Assembly: GCA_965178125.1 (NCBI GenBank)
Contig: OZ237768.1
Location: 496,001-560,000, forward strand
From: Bilabrum cf. latius
Lineage: Eukaryota
DNA: 64,000 nucleotides
Reading direction: 5' to 3'
Part shown: positions 29,301-40,851 of the stretch, one piece after another
Position numbering within the stretch: position 1 is the first letter of the stretch
Layout: the number at the start of each line of letters is the position of its first letter
Position numbers and translations under genes: made by a program
The notes under the pieces: generated by a model
Seen by the model: only the letters and a program-made list of their open reading frames with translations
What the model was told of the DNA's origin: nothing
Database searches by the model: none

Positions 29301-32300
29301 TGCGGGTTGGTAGAGCGAGGGGGGGGGGGGGGGGGGCGAAGATGGCCAATGGGGTCGACAGGGTGCGCGCAGATCGAATAGTAAAGGCGCATAGAGCATA
29401 AAGTTTGTTTGTTGCGAGGCGCTAACGTTGCCTCACTTCCATGCCGGAGTCCTCGCCCCTACTGTTCCTGCTGTGATTGCGCCCGAGTGCAGACCGATCT
29501 TGATCTGGATGCTCTCCGGGTCGTCCATGTTGTCCGGATCCACACGGAATTCGCCAGCCTCTGTGAAGTCGTGGATCATCTTCTGCATCAGCACGGCCAT
29601 GTTACAGGCGCACTCGGCATGCATCGTCGTTGGCTCAAGAGCACCTGCGACGCCGAGCCACGTGGACTCGATCGTTTCCACTTTAGTCACATGGCAGGCG
29701 CTCGCGAGGCGGTCAAAGAGGCCGAATACCCTGTCCAAAGCGGCTACCACCTTGTGGTCGGGGTACTTCTTTACCAGCTTGGCGTAACCAACAGCGTACG
29801 CGAACAGCACCGTCGTACTCTTGTGCTTATCGGCGAGGTGCTCAAACCTCTCTTCTTTCGTGGCGTCAAGGGAATGAAGGTAGTCGACAAGTGCCAGCTC
29901 GGAAGCATTCAGCGCAGAGAGGTTCTTCTCTGCTCGCTTGAGGAGCTGGTCTTTGTGCTTGTGACCTTTCGCCACCCACTTTGCCTCGGCCTCCAGTGCC
30001 CTGTCCCGAGTGCTACGCGACGAAGATTCGGCGCCTTCACCAGCATGACTGCTTCCCGCTCCAGATGCAGCCCCAGAAGAACCTCCTGCCGGTGCCCTCG
30101 GCTTCTTCCTGGTGGGTCGTGAGGGTCTTTGCCTACCGTTGGCCGGAGATTGTTGGCTGCTCGTCCGACTGGGTTCTGCTGCTGCTTCCGCTGCTGCTGC
30201 TTCCGCTGCTGCTGCAGACGATGTAGGGTCTGGTGCCAGCGTCTTGTACTGATGCGAGAGCGGGGACTTTCGCGATGATCCGGTGGTGTGCTGCGCAGCA
30301 TTGTTAGGTTGGGATCTAGTGCGCGGAAAATCTGGATCATCACTGCTGCGGTCTGCTGCCTTCCCTTCGAAATCGAGGGGGGCGAGTCTGCCGGGTGGCT
30401 TGACTCCGATTGGCTGGGTTCCGACCGCTCCATATTCATCTGCCCGGGAACTGCCTGCATTCTGAGACTTGCTGGACTTGCCGCCTTCTGCTTTGCTGCC
30501 TTCGATCGCAGCACTAGGCTCCGAGGTAGATGAGGGCTCTCTTCGGCTGCCGTCGTCTTCTCCCTCCTCGCCTTGTCTGACGCTTGCTTTGCTAGCGATC
30601 GATCCAACTGAAGAAGCAAACGATGCACCAGCAATACCAGTTCCGTTGCCTTGAGTATGCTGGTGATCGGAACCGTGTGAAGTGCTGGAAATGGTCCCTA
30701 TCGCGACCATTTCAGCTGCCAGCTACTTCTTCGCTTTCATCAGCGCCAACCTGCGCTGCTCTGGCAGCTGCAGCATGTACCAAGCACGCACACGAAGCGC
30801 ATTCACGTGCGAATCGCAGGCGCGCCTAAATCCAGTGCTGAGTCTGGATAGCTCAGCGCCTCGCTCTGCGACCGCATCTGCCCTCTTCTTCAACCTGCCT
30901 TCATCTCCGAAGAAAACCATGCTGCCATTTCCAGGCCCGTCCGTGTCTGCGCCTGCCTCATCCACGTCCATATCTGCCTCGCCCTGTCGTAGAGCCTCTG
31001 ACGCTTCCTTCCCCTCCCCATTGTTTTCCATCTCCTTTGCTAGCTCTTTAGCCACTCGCACAGTGGCGCGCTGGTCGATAGTTGCCAGGTCTGCACGACG
31101 ACCACGCTTCTTGCGTTTCAGCTACGAGGGCAAAGTGGGTCCCAGGTCAAGGGTGCTCGACCCTAGCTCTACTCTGACTTGCTTGCGATACCTGCTGGTA
31201 AACTGAGCACTTCCCTCTATCCCAATGGAGCTATAGGACGGCATGTTGCCCGCACCTTTTGATGCGCTGCCGAAGCCAAGCTCTCCGAGGCTTGCACCGG
31301 AGGGCAATGCACCCCCAAGAGCACCAGACTCCTCGATGGACAGGCGATGGGCCCCTGCACCACCGCCGGGGTTCTTTGACGATCCCACACCGATCATCAT
31401 TGCAGGATCGAAGCTACCGATGCTGTCGGTGCCGTCCCCGTCTCCAGTGGCAAGAAACTTCTCGACTGATTCGGAGGCACCAGCGCCCGTGTAAATTCTC
31501 CTGTTACCGCTTGACGAAGTTGAGTTGCCCTGCTGTGTACTATGCTTTGTTCCAAGGGCTTTTTGGACATCATTGGCGGCCATCCGCGCTTCCGATAAGC
31601 GCCTTCGAGCACGCTTGATTGGCCCAGTAGTCACACCGGTCTCCTTCGCTTCTGTCGCATCTGCAACCTCGCCGCCAGACTCGCCGCCCCTTCGGTTGTC
31701 CAGCTCCATGATTCCGGATGAGTCTCCATCCGAGTCGTCGTACTTGCCAGTAGCCGCTTGATCGTCGTCATCGTAATCCACGATACCGAGAGCAGTGTCC
31801 AGATCACCAATGGGGCCAAACCCACCGCCTTCCGGCCTGTTTTCCTGCGCTTCTAGCATCTCCAGCTTGTCTCCCATTCTAGCGTGTTTGCGTCCAGCCG
31901 ATGCAGACATCCAGTTGGCCACGGTATCGCCCCCCATGGAAAACGACCTGCCTTTGCTTAGGGTCATTGCCTCGACGCTCTGATGGATCGCAGCGAGTGT
32001 CCTTGGATCAGCCGCGGCCTCCAACATGGAGAGCTGAAGACTGGCCCCCATCCCGTCAGCCAGCATCTTCAGGTGACTCCCTTCTCCGCCTTGCCGCCGC
32101 CTGTTCGTGGTCATGGCCTGCATGTCAACATCATCGCTTCCGGCCGACTACCTCTTTGAAGTCCCCCTGTGTCGACGCCCGCCGGCGGCTGAATGCTCCG
32201 CGGAAGCCCTCCGATTTCCAACCTCCTGCCCACCAACTACGATAGGCCCCCCAGAGGCAGCCGACATGGCGCTGGCATCCGAAGAGCGCTGCGTGCTCGC

Positions 32301-35300
32301 ACGGGTCGCAACGGGGGCATCTGTGCCGGCTAGTCCCGACCTGGCCGTGGTGTGCCCGCCGCCCGTTGCACCATCAGAAGCTGCCGATCCTCGTCCCGAC
32401 ATTCCTGACATGTCAAGGTTGTCTGATTGCTGCAGGTCAATCACTGCTTTGTGCTTGGCCTGTCCACCCTCAGTGCCGGCCCCAGCTCTGTGTCTCGTGC
32501 CTCGCTAATCGATCTGATGAAGCCCGGGCGCATTCGGGCCATAAGCGTTGGTGGCTCCGCCGTGCGAAGCTCTGCTGATCCACGAAGCCGTCTGCGTGAG
32601 CACTCGCTCCGTGGCATACTCGGGTCTCTCGTACTCGGACTCGCTGCCACCTCCCACAAGCTCGTCATCGTCGTGCTCAAGATCATCATCGTCATCCTCG
32701 TCGTCCTCGTCTTCGCGGACGACTGGCAGATCAGGTGGCTTGCTGATGGGCTGCGGTGCCGCGACCCGGCGCAAGGTTGCAGAAGGACCCTGGGGACCTG
32801 GCAGTGCTACTGCTGGATCCACTGGCTCATCACCTTCGCTAGACCGTGACGAATGACCTTCGGTTTCGCTTTTTTGGCTATGAACGGCCGTCCTGCCGTT
32901 CTTGGTTCGCTCCTCCCCGCTCGCGTTGGAGCTGTCCTGTCGCGAGCCAGACAGCTCGTTTGAGGATCCAGCCCCCTCGCGGCCCTCTGCGATACTGGGC
33001 AGCTCGGACAAGACCTTGTTTGCGCCCTGTCCGTGTCCGCCCAGACCAAGAGAACCGGGTGCAACCTCGCCGACCCTCGAGCCGCTTGCCAGCTACAAGC
33101 TCTCGCCCTCGACCCCCGGCACTATATCAGCGGATGGAAGGGGCCGGAGGGGTGCTTTCTTGGTCTCCATGTCACTTGTCACTTTCTTTACAACGTCGAG
33201 CGTGGTTGAAATCGTGCTACCGGACTATGTGCGGGTCCTGCCTGTCTTCTGCATGTGGGCCTAAACGAAGCTTGGTGCCCGTTCCAGCTCGCCTCCTCCA
33301 GTACCCACGTCTCCTAGCTTGACCGCTCTGTTCTCTGCCTGTAACTTGCTCATGTGGTTCTGGGGCAGCATGGTGAGGGCCAGAGACTTCTGCACCAGAC
33401 GGTCAACGGCTAGTTTCACCCGGCAGTTGAACTCGTCCAGGAGCCTCCAGGCGTTGCTGCGGCCTGACCTGTACATCATCCTCGACGCCCACATCGTGAT
33501 GATACCGCCCACGATGCGAAGCGATTGTACGGTTAAGTGCACTTCACCAACCGTGAATGGAGCCGCCGCTAGAATCTCGCCCCGTACCGCAAGTACCTGG
33601 GCGTCGTCTCCGACGGGACGCCGAAACAGGTCGCTTGACGAGCCCCATAGAGACAGGTGGGGGCACCCATCGTCAAGCTCCAGCTAGAAATCGAACCCTG
33701 GCAGGCTACACACCGCCACGGCGATGCCCTGAGCACCCTACCAGATCGACACGCCCACGCTGATGGCCTACAAGGCAAGCCCGACTATCGCGCTCGCCCA
33801 TGGCAGCTGGGACGGTGCAACGTGACACATGGCACCCACGAACACAAGCAGGTCGATGAAGTACTGCAGCACAGTGTACGATGCAGAGAGAGTGGAAGTC
33901 GGGTGGTCCAAGGGCACCAGGTGCTGGATCAGAAAGCTGTGCAGCAGGTCCAGCACAAACACGCCCGAGAAGGTGATGAGCAAAAGCGCGTTCATGTCGC
34001 CGATTATCTGAACCATCCTTCCCTGGGTAGGTCGCCTCGAGCTCGAGAGCCTGGTCTGCATCATTTTCTGGAACACCTTGTACCCGATCGGCTTGCTCTT
34101 GCTCTTGCCCTTGGATTTGCTCGAGCTGGCGGAGGCGGGCTTCCTAGCAGCCGCAGCTCCAGCAGCCCCGCCAGAGGATGGCCGCACGTTGCTGCTGCTG
34201 CTGCCCGTGTGCTTCCTCTTGCTATCTGAATCCAAGTACCTAGTACGGCTGGCCGATGGAAAGTGACCAGAGCTATCATCGGTATCTTCAAGCGGGTTCT
34301 AACCGTCAGCTGTGAACGCACGCGGGCTCGCCTTTGGGTCACGACCGCGATCGCTGGTCGGTAGCGACTGGCTTACGGCAAGCGACGCTACACTGTCACC
34401 GTCGGAGCATTGAGAGCAGCAGCAGCAGCAGACCCTGCGGCACAGGGCATACCTGCAGCACACCACAAAGCACAGCCTGCCAGCCAGCGACCCCCCCTGC
34501 TCCCGAGGCCTGGTGTCTTTTTTGTCTATGTGCATGTCTTCCAGCCGGGCTCGAGCCTGGGACACCTCCTCTAGTCGAGGCACGGGTTTAGCGTACATTT
34601 GCGTGCCTGCCTTGACGTCGTGCTCGATGGCACGCAAGGGGGCGCCCATCGCCGCCAAAACGGGCTCAAAGGGGACTCGAGTCGCCTCCTCGCTATGCTC
34701 GTCCCACCTGCCATCTGCACCGGGAGGTAGCAGCCCACTGGCCGCAAGTTCCCCCTCGGAGTTCCGAGCGAGCATGTCGTGGATCCCATTGCTGGGCGTG
34801 GGGGCAGCTTCCGTTGGTGGTGCTACACCACCGCCACTGCCTTCTGCAGGCCCCGGCCCTTTGTGTAGGCCACCGCCTTGTGATGAGGAGCCTTTGAGCG
34901 AGGACCGCTGCTCCACCTGCCTGACGATCTGCACGCCCGCCTCGTTTTCGTGGAGCGCCACCTGGTAGGCCGCGTGCAAGAACCTCGCTTGTTCCCTGGC
35001 ACGCTCCTCCTCCATCTGCTGGTCCAGCTCCTCCCGTGCCTGTCCCCTCGCCGCCTGCATCTCGAGCGACGACACCTAAGGGATGTTATACCCAGTCTGA
35101 TAGGGACCAAGCACTTCCCTGTGCCACGTCGACAAAGCCGCACACAGCCCCAGCACCAGAAGCACCCTCAGCACCTGCACGAGCACCAGCGACAGCTTAC
35201 CCCATCCCCCGAGCAACGCACCTTCCTGCCCTTCCTCATCATACTCTATCGAGGGAACAAACCCGCCAAGCACGTGTCCCCTCACGCTCAGATGAACGTG

Positions 35301-36884
35301 CACCGAGTGCAGCGCGGCAGAGACAATCACGTAGGCCAGGAAGAGGTAGCTCGCTGCAACGATCGTCTGCAGTCGGGACCGCTCGAAGCTATACAGGGCA
35401 TATGCCTGCTACCACAACGGGTCGACGTACGTTTGCCAACGGCTGTCTTTCGTCGCTGCCATGATACCCGCGGTATCATATTTGGCTCCGGATCCGCCCT
35501 CCCCCTCTTCCTCGCTGTCTGCGTCGCTGTCTTGGTCCCGGCCGGGGGACGGTGCCCCTGGGCCGCTTGCGTCCGGCGTGGTGCCACCGCCAACCGCAGG
35601 CGCTACTGCAGGCACGCTGCTTTGGTCAGCGGAAGGGAGAAACACGCTGCCACCCGTGCCCCCGCTCCGTCTGCTTGTCCCGAGCAGGACGCTGCCCGCC
35701 GTCTCCCTGCCTTTTCCGCTCTTGCTCAGCAATCCCTTCCCGGCGTGCAGCCCGTCCCGCATACTCATCGCTCGCTTGCGCTTCTCTCTAAATCCAACTT
35801 TATCAGATGGATCTTCCAACCTGGAGGCGAGCCTTAGCGGTGTTCGCATTCCGCGAGACTGGCCGTCCGGAGAGAGTGCGGCACCAAATGAAGTTTCTCG
35901 CTTCGGCGTGGCAGGGATCGGTGTCTGAGGCGGCGCATTGGAAGGAGTTTGCTAACCGCTTTTACTTTCGCTGGAGCTATGGGATTTCCATCCGCCGGAA
36001 CGTTTCGGCTGGTAGGACAGGTCGGTTACGGGGCCGTGCTCTTTGAATCGGTCTCCGATGGCCTCGTTGACAGGCCCAGGGAGCGACGCTCTCCTAGCCT
36101 TTCCGGATGCACTTGCATGACTACTTCCAGACCTAGCGCGGCCGTCTTGGGGTGATGCCTCCCGGTGACCGCCGGTGTCCGGCATTCCCAGCACACCATG
36201 GTCAACGCTTCCTCGCGTCCACGCCATCAGGGAGCTCTTGCGGTGGCGCTTCGGGGTTTTGGCAGCCATACCTGCTGGTGTACTAAAATTACGATGATGC
36301 GCAGGCGTGAAAGCGTCGTCGTCGTCGTTCAGAGACATTTCGGCGTTGCTAATTTCCAGGGCTGGCGGCCGTCTGCCTCTTTGCGACGTTCCAGTCTCGA
36401 CTGCGAGGCCTTCGAACTAATTTTGACTAGCTTCCGAACCCAAATCTGCTCCTTCATTGGGAAATTCGGATGCCTGGCCTGTGAACACGGAAGGTAGAGT
36501 GCAGTGACAGTTCCAACGAATACAACGCATAGTGCCGGCAGTGTTGGTGAGCCAGCCATATCGCGCCCCAATACCCACAATTATGGTACATTCGATAGAA
36601 TTGATTTGGATTTCGCTGCCAAACAAACCAAATACACCGTAAAAGAGCGGACACACTCCACTGACCGGGTCGTGTTTGATTCATCGCAGCAGCGGTTTCT
36701 TAGAACGATGCACACAGCATGACTAGGGTAATTGGATCAATAATGCATACTAGAACTTACCTAACGGGTCCGCCAAACGCTAGGTGGTGGTTCCATCCAC
36801 AAACTGTTGCAATGCTCGCTCCTCCCGTTGCAGCAGCTTGTCAACGTCAACCTTGGCGACAGTCATCCAGTGGTTTGAATTCAT
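20320..36884 (-). CDS. Giant membrane class III nucleotidyl cyclase (~5,381 aa) with TM blocks and two catalytic domains, probably a guanylyl cyclase; 29 in-frame TAG
   Basis: Model: exons 36884-36761, 36478-29437 and 29299-20320 (introns 36479-36760 GTAAGT..CAG and 29300-29436 GTGAGG..CAG). Splicing the second intron restores PAWKLFGDPVNVTSR. Domain 1: TVLFAYAVGY, KVETIEST, IKIGLHSG, VKLKGKG. Domain 2: VLYADIKGFT, VDTIGDC, LRIGIHTG, RPRYLLWG. All gaps between the listed ORFs were translated and contain only TAG. It ends at TGA 20320-20322. Confidence 0.85.
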
Positions 36885-37061
36885 GTCGGGATCCATACTG
36901 GTAGATTAATGCTGCGAGTGTCTTCCGATTTCCCCCTAAAAGGGTCCTCGCAAATGGTCGGATGGTCGCAGTGTTTCTGGACCTGCTGCCGGGAGCCGGT
37001 CGCAACCTATTTCGCAGAATCCGTGTCAATTGCGGAGGAAAACTGGTACATCAGCAACCAC

Positions 37062-38110
37062 ATGATCATTTATGCAGCAGTAGCGAATGAACAAACAATA
37101 TTAGTCGAACACGCGTCCCACGCAGGGTAGTTCCTTGCCGTCGCACACAAGTTGCTGAGCTCTGAGAATCTTCCAAACTACGATACGAGAATATCGTACA
37201 GTGCAGACAAGTAAGGTCACTGAACACGCGTGCTATGATTGGAAGGTGTGCATCACACATTCAATACGCCTTGCTGGATGCTGGTGACCGCAGGCACAAG
37301 TTTCACCTTATCGTGGACTAGGGCATGCGTTTCGTATGTCTCGCGGAAGCATAGTTGGGCCATAGGATACCATTCCTGCTCCTACAAGATATCAGATCAA
37401 AGTTTATTGCATCGGTAAGAGCTTAATCCTGCCAACTAACCATCAAGTGCCGAACTAACGCACCCTGCCACTGCTCTTTCGCGTTGCGGGCTGTAGCGCA
37501 GTTTCCTGGAGACGAGGCTCTACGGGCCACTGAGCCGGACAGTTACGTTCGTGCATTTAGTTCTCAGCTAAAGCTCCTTGTTGTAAGGTCCAGCTCGATT
37601 TGGCTTCCTTTTGCAAAGCACCTTTAGGGACTCACCGGTTCACCCGTTCCTTCCTTGATTCTGCGCAGGAAAAATATGCCGACCCAGCACAATCGAAAGT
37701 GTAGGCAATTAAAAATGAGCTAGACCAGGTCAGATCCGTGGCTATGGAGGGAATCGGTGAGACGACGCCCCGGCTGCGTTCAATCCGCACTTGCTCGCTT
37801 CACGTCTGTCGCTGCGCTGCTCCTCATGTTTTATTGAGACCATCAAAGCTGCGCGCGACAACGTGTATGTTATACTGCAGATCTTGTTTTGGACCGCGGT
37901 GAGGGCGTTGATGAGATGGCAGAACGGACGACTTTGCTCGCCGAGTCCTCGAGGCAATTCGCCACTGCGGGCAGGCGCTTGAAATCGACCATGTGGTGGA
38001 GGAACGCAAGGATGCAGTGCCTCGTGGTAGTGGCCGTGCTAGTATTGTTGTTGATTGTGCTGGGAGTGGGCTGCGGACCCTCCTTCTGCCTCTCAGGGCG
38101 GGGGACATAA
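37062..38110 (+). CDS. VAMP7: VAMP7-type longin R-SNARE (222 aa); 4 in-frame TAG, ends at TAA
   Basis: Exons 37062-37210, 37294-37414, 37502-37582, 37669-37756 and 37881-38110, all with GT..CAG introns in matching phase. Longin N-terminus MIIYAAVANEQTILVEH..G*FL..FHLIVD*GMRFVCLAEA*LGHRIPF. SNARE coil with zero-layer Arg (VLDRGE), then MWWRN and a C-terminal TM segment. TAGs at 37128, 37319, 37352 and 37702. Confidence 0.92.
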
Positions 38111-38228
38111 TGCATACCTAGTAGGCCGAGCACGCTTGCCTTTCCTGTCACGGCATGTAAGCACCCGTACTACAAATCGAATGGAAATTGTACCCCACAA
38201 TGTCAGCAACCGCCCCACTCCCATTCCG

Positions 38229-40216
38229 TCACTTTGTCGGCACGAATGCCAGCCCCTCAAACTTGAAGGGCCCAAGGTCGGCAAACCCCTCCCGAAGCCC
38301 CACCCCCTCCACCACGGCCGCCACCCCCGAAACCGGAACACCGTGCAGCAGCGGCCCCCTCCCGTCCGTGAAGAGCACGCCCCTCTCATTCTCCAGAGCC
38401 TCTGCCCTGTGGCAGGCCGCCGGCCACGGCACCTCGGCGAACCTTGGCGAACGTTCCTTGCCGACCGGCGCATCCGCAACGGAAGCGGAAGCACTCGCGT
38501 CAGCGGGAACACTAGTGGCGTTGCGGGAGCCCACTCGATGCTCCCCTCTCCCCTCCCCACCACCACCCTACGCCGCCCCCTTGCCCGCCTAGCTAGTCCC
38601 TCTATCCCTATCCCCATCACCACCTGATTCGCGCCTGCTTGCTTCATTCCCATCGGAGGAGGAGGAGGAGGAGGCAGCACCACCCGCGAACCTGAGTGCC
38701 GCTAGGCAGAATGCCTCCGTGGAATCGATGGCCCCTTGCCCCAGCCACGCCTCCACAGCCTCGAGCACCTTGCGCCTGCGCTGGTTCGCGAACGTTCGCA
38801 GAGGAAGCAGCTCGGCCACCGTGGGGACCGACCGGCCACCGGTTGCAACCTCAATCCCACCGCCGGTTGCAACCACCTCGGGCATCCTCTCGTCCAGCAG
38901 CACCTCCCCTTCCGCGCTGAGCACGGTGATCTTGCTGTGCACCTGATCCTCCACCTCCTTGGACTTGAGGGCGAGGTACACACCGTGAGATCCGGGCACC
39001 GCCCGGATGGCCGTGAAGCCGAACGTGTCCTCCCGCGGCCCCGCTGTCACCGTGTGCACGTGCGCGAAATCGTCAGAGGCTCGCAGCAGGAGGTTCGCGC
39101 CCCTGTACTAGTCCTGCTTGGGCGTGTACGGCGTGGATGGACTCCTCTTCCTGGGTGCGAAGATCCACTCCCTGCTGCTGCCCACGTATGCCACGGCCTC
39201 GTGCCAGAGGTACCCGGGTTCGGTCACGTTCGCCGCGGTTCGCAGCGCCGCGTATATGCTGGACCATCGGTAGTTCTGCACCCTGCCTGTACCCAGGTCG
39301 ATGGTCTTGGTCCATTCCGAGTCCCTGTGCACCGTCCGGCCCTGAGCGTCCTGGAAGGCCCTCCCCATGGATCCCACCCAAATCATCCCGTCTCGTGTCG
39401 TGCTCCATTCGGACTTGAAGGGCCGTGGCTGGTCCCCGTCCCCGTCCGCGAGAGCCCACCGCTGGAAGAGAGCGCCGTCCTCGGGCCGGATTTTCCAGAC
39501 GAGCCCTGTGACGTCACAGAAACCGAATAGCTTGTCGTGGTGGAAGAGCAGCTCGCTCAGCTCCATGGAGCGGCCCCCTCGGTTCATGCGAGCACGAAGC
39601 ACCTGCTCGCCCAGCCACTCGATTCGGTACCTGGGCTTGTCGGTCTCCGGCTCACCGGGCAGTCCATCCACCCGTTTGAGCACACCTTTGCGCAACACAG
39701 ACCCCCAGTAGCTTTTCTCCATCTTACGCTCTCCCCGAGGCTCCACAAACCCCTTCGGGTCCTCGCTCCCGTCCGTTGGCAGCCCAGAGCCGGAGAAACG
39801 GATTCGGTCCTCCAGCCCTCTGGAAGCATGATCCATATCCGTGACGATATAAAACTCATGATCCTGCGATGTGACAGGTATCTCCCGAAACGCATCTGCA
39901 GGCTTTGCTTCAACATGCAAACCTTGGTGAACCACGCAGAATATGTTCGTGCTAGCGGCCAACTCACCCTGGTGTCGTACTTTAATCGATCAAAATCAGC
40001 GGCAGATATACCTCCGCTATGATCAAGAGAAGCGGCAGCCCTTGGGGCAGCTGGAGACGGGGCTTCCGTCGGAGGCACCGCTTCAAGATTCGATGCCGAC
40101 CCTCGCGCACCTGCAGCGTGTTCGTGGATGCTCCGCGCCACATCCAGCGTTGGATTACTCTTAAGCAGTAATATCACAACAGCAACGATGAGTGCTACAT
40201 TGATGTATCCTTGCAT
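38229..40216 (-). CDS. Ca2+-activated nucleotidase/apyrase (CANT1/Cimex family), ~627 aa, with signal anchor and a large C-terminal insertion; 3 in-frame TAG
   Basis: Exons 40216-39968 and 39863-38229 (intron 39864-39967). Motifs IVTDMD, RSMELSEL, LADGDG...FKSEW, VGSMG, PGYLWHEA, APRK, RGANLLL, FGFTA, ALKSKEV and terminal KFEGLAFV followed by TGA. Confidence 0.9.
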
Positions 40217-40472
40217 CGCAAAATAGTGCCGGAACTTCCGGCCGTCAACGTGTGCGTTGCGGCTCCGGATTCATGGAGAAACCTGGCGAATGATGATGCA
40301 TGATGATGACGACTTGTTGCCATTGCAAATGGCACTGTCTTGGAAAGTACGTGCCCAACCAAAGTGCCCCCTCCCACAACGACCAACCACCCTTTCATAA
40401 CAAGTTTCCATTCTAGTGTACAAGAAGCTACATCAACACCTACCGGCACCGGGCACGCGCACGCGCATCAGA

Positions 40473-40812
40473 TCACGTATCCACTTGCACCCTTGCTCGC
40501 CGCCCGGAGTGCCCACTGGCCTGCGAGGACGCGGCAATGCCCCCGAGAGACCCCGGCTCGACCTTCGCGCCCCGCTTCCGCCGGCCGCTCGCACTCGTCA
40601 CACCGTCCCCCGCACCTGCCCCGAGAGACCCGGGCTCGAGCTTGGCCCCACGCGACCTCCTGCTGGACCTACCACCGGACGATGCCGAGGAGGAGGAGGA
40701 GGAGGAGGAGGAGGCAGCCGAAGAGGAGCCAATCGACCCCGGCTCGAGCTTCGCCAGGCCCCTCCCTCCCCTGCTGCCCCTGCCCCTCCTCCTACCCCCG
40801 CGCCCCATCTCT

Positions 40813-40851
<39 letters not shown>

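Noticed and set aside
29318-29336. Poly-G run suggesting a frameshift or G-quadruplex element in the cyclase
   Set aside because: It is the poly-C pyrimidine tract of intron 29300-29436 on the coding strand, and splicing explains the frame change.
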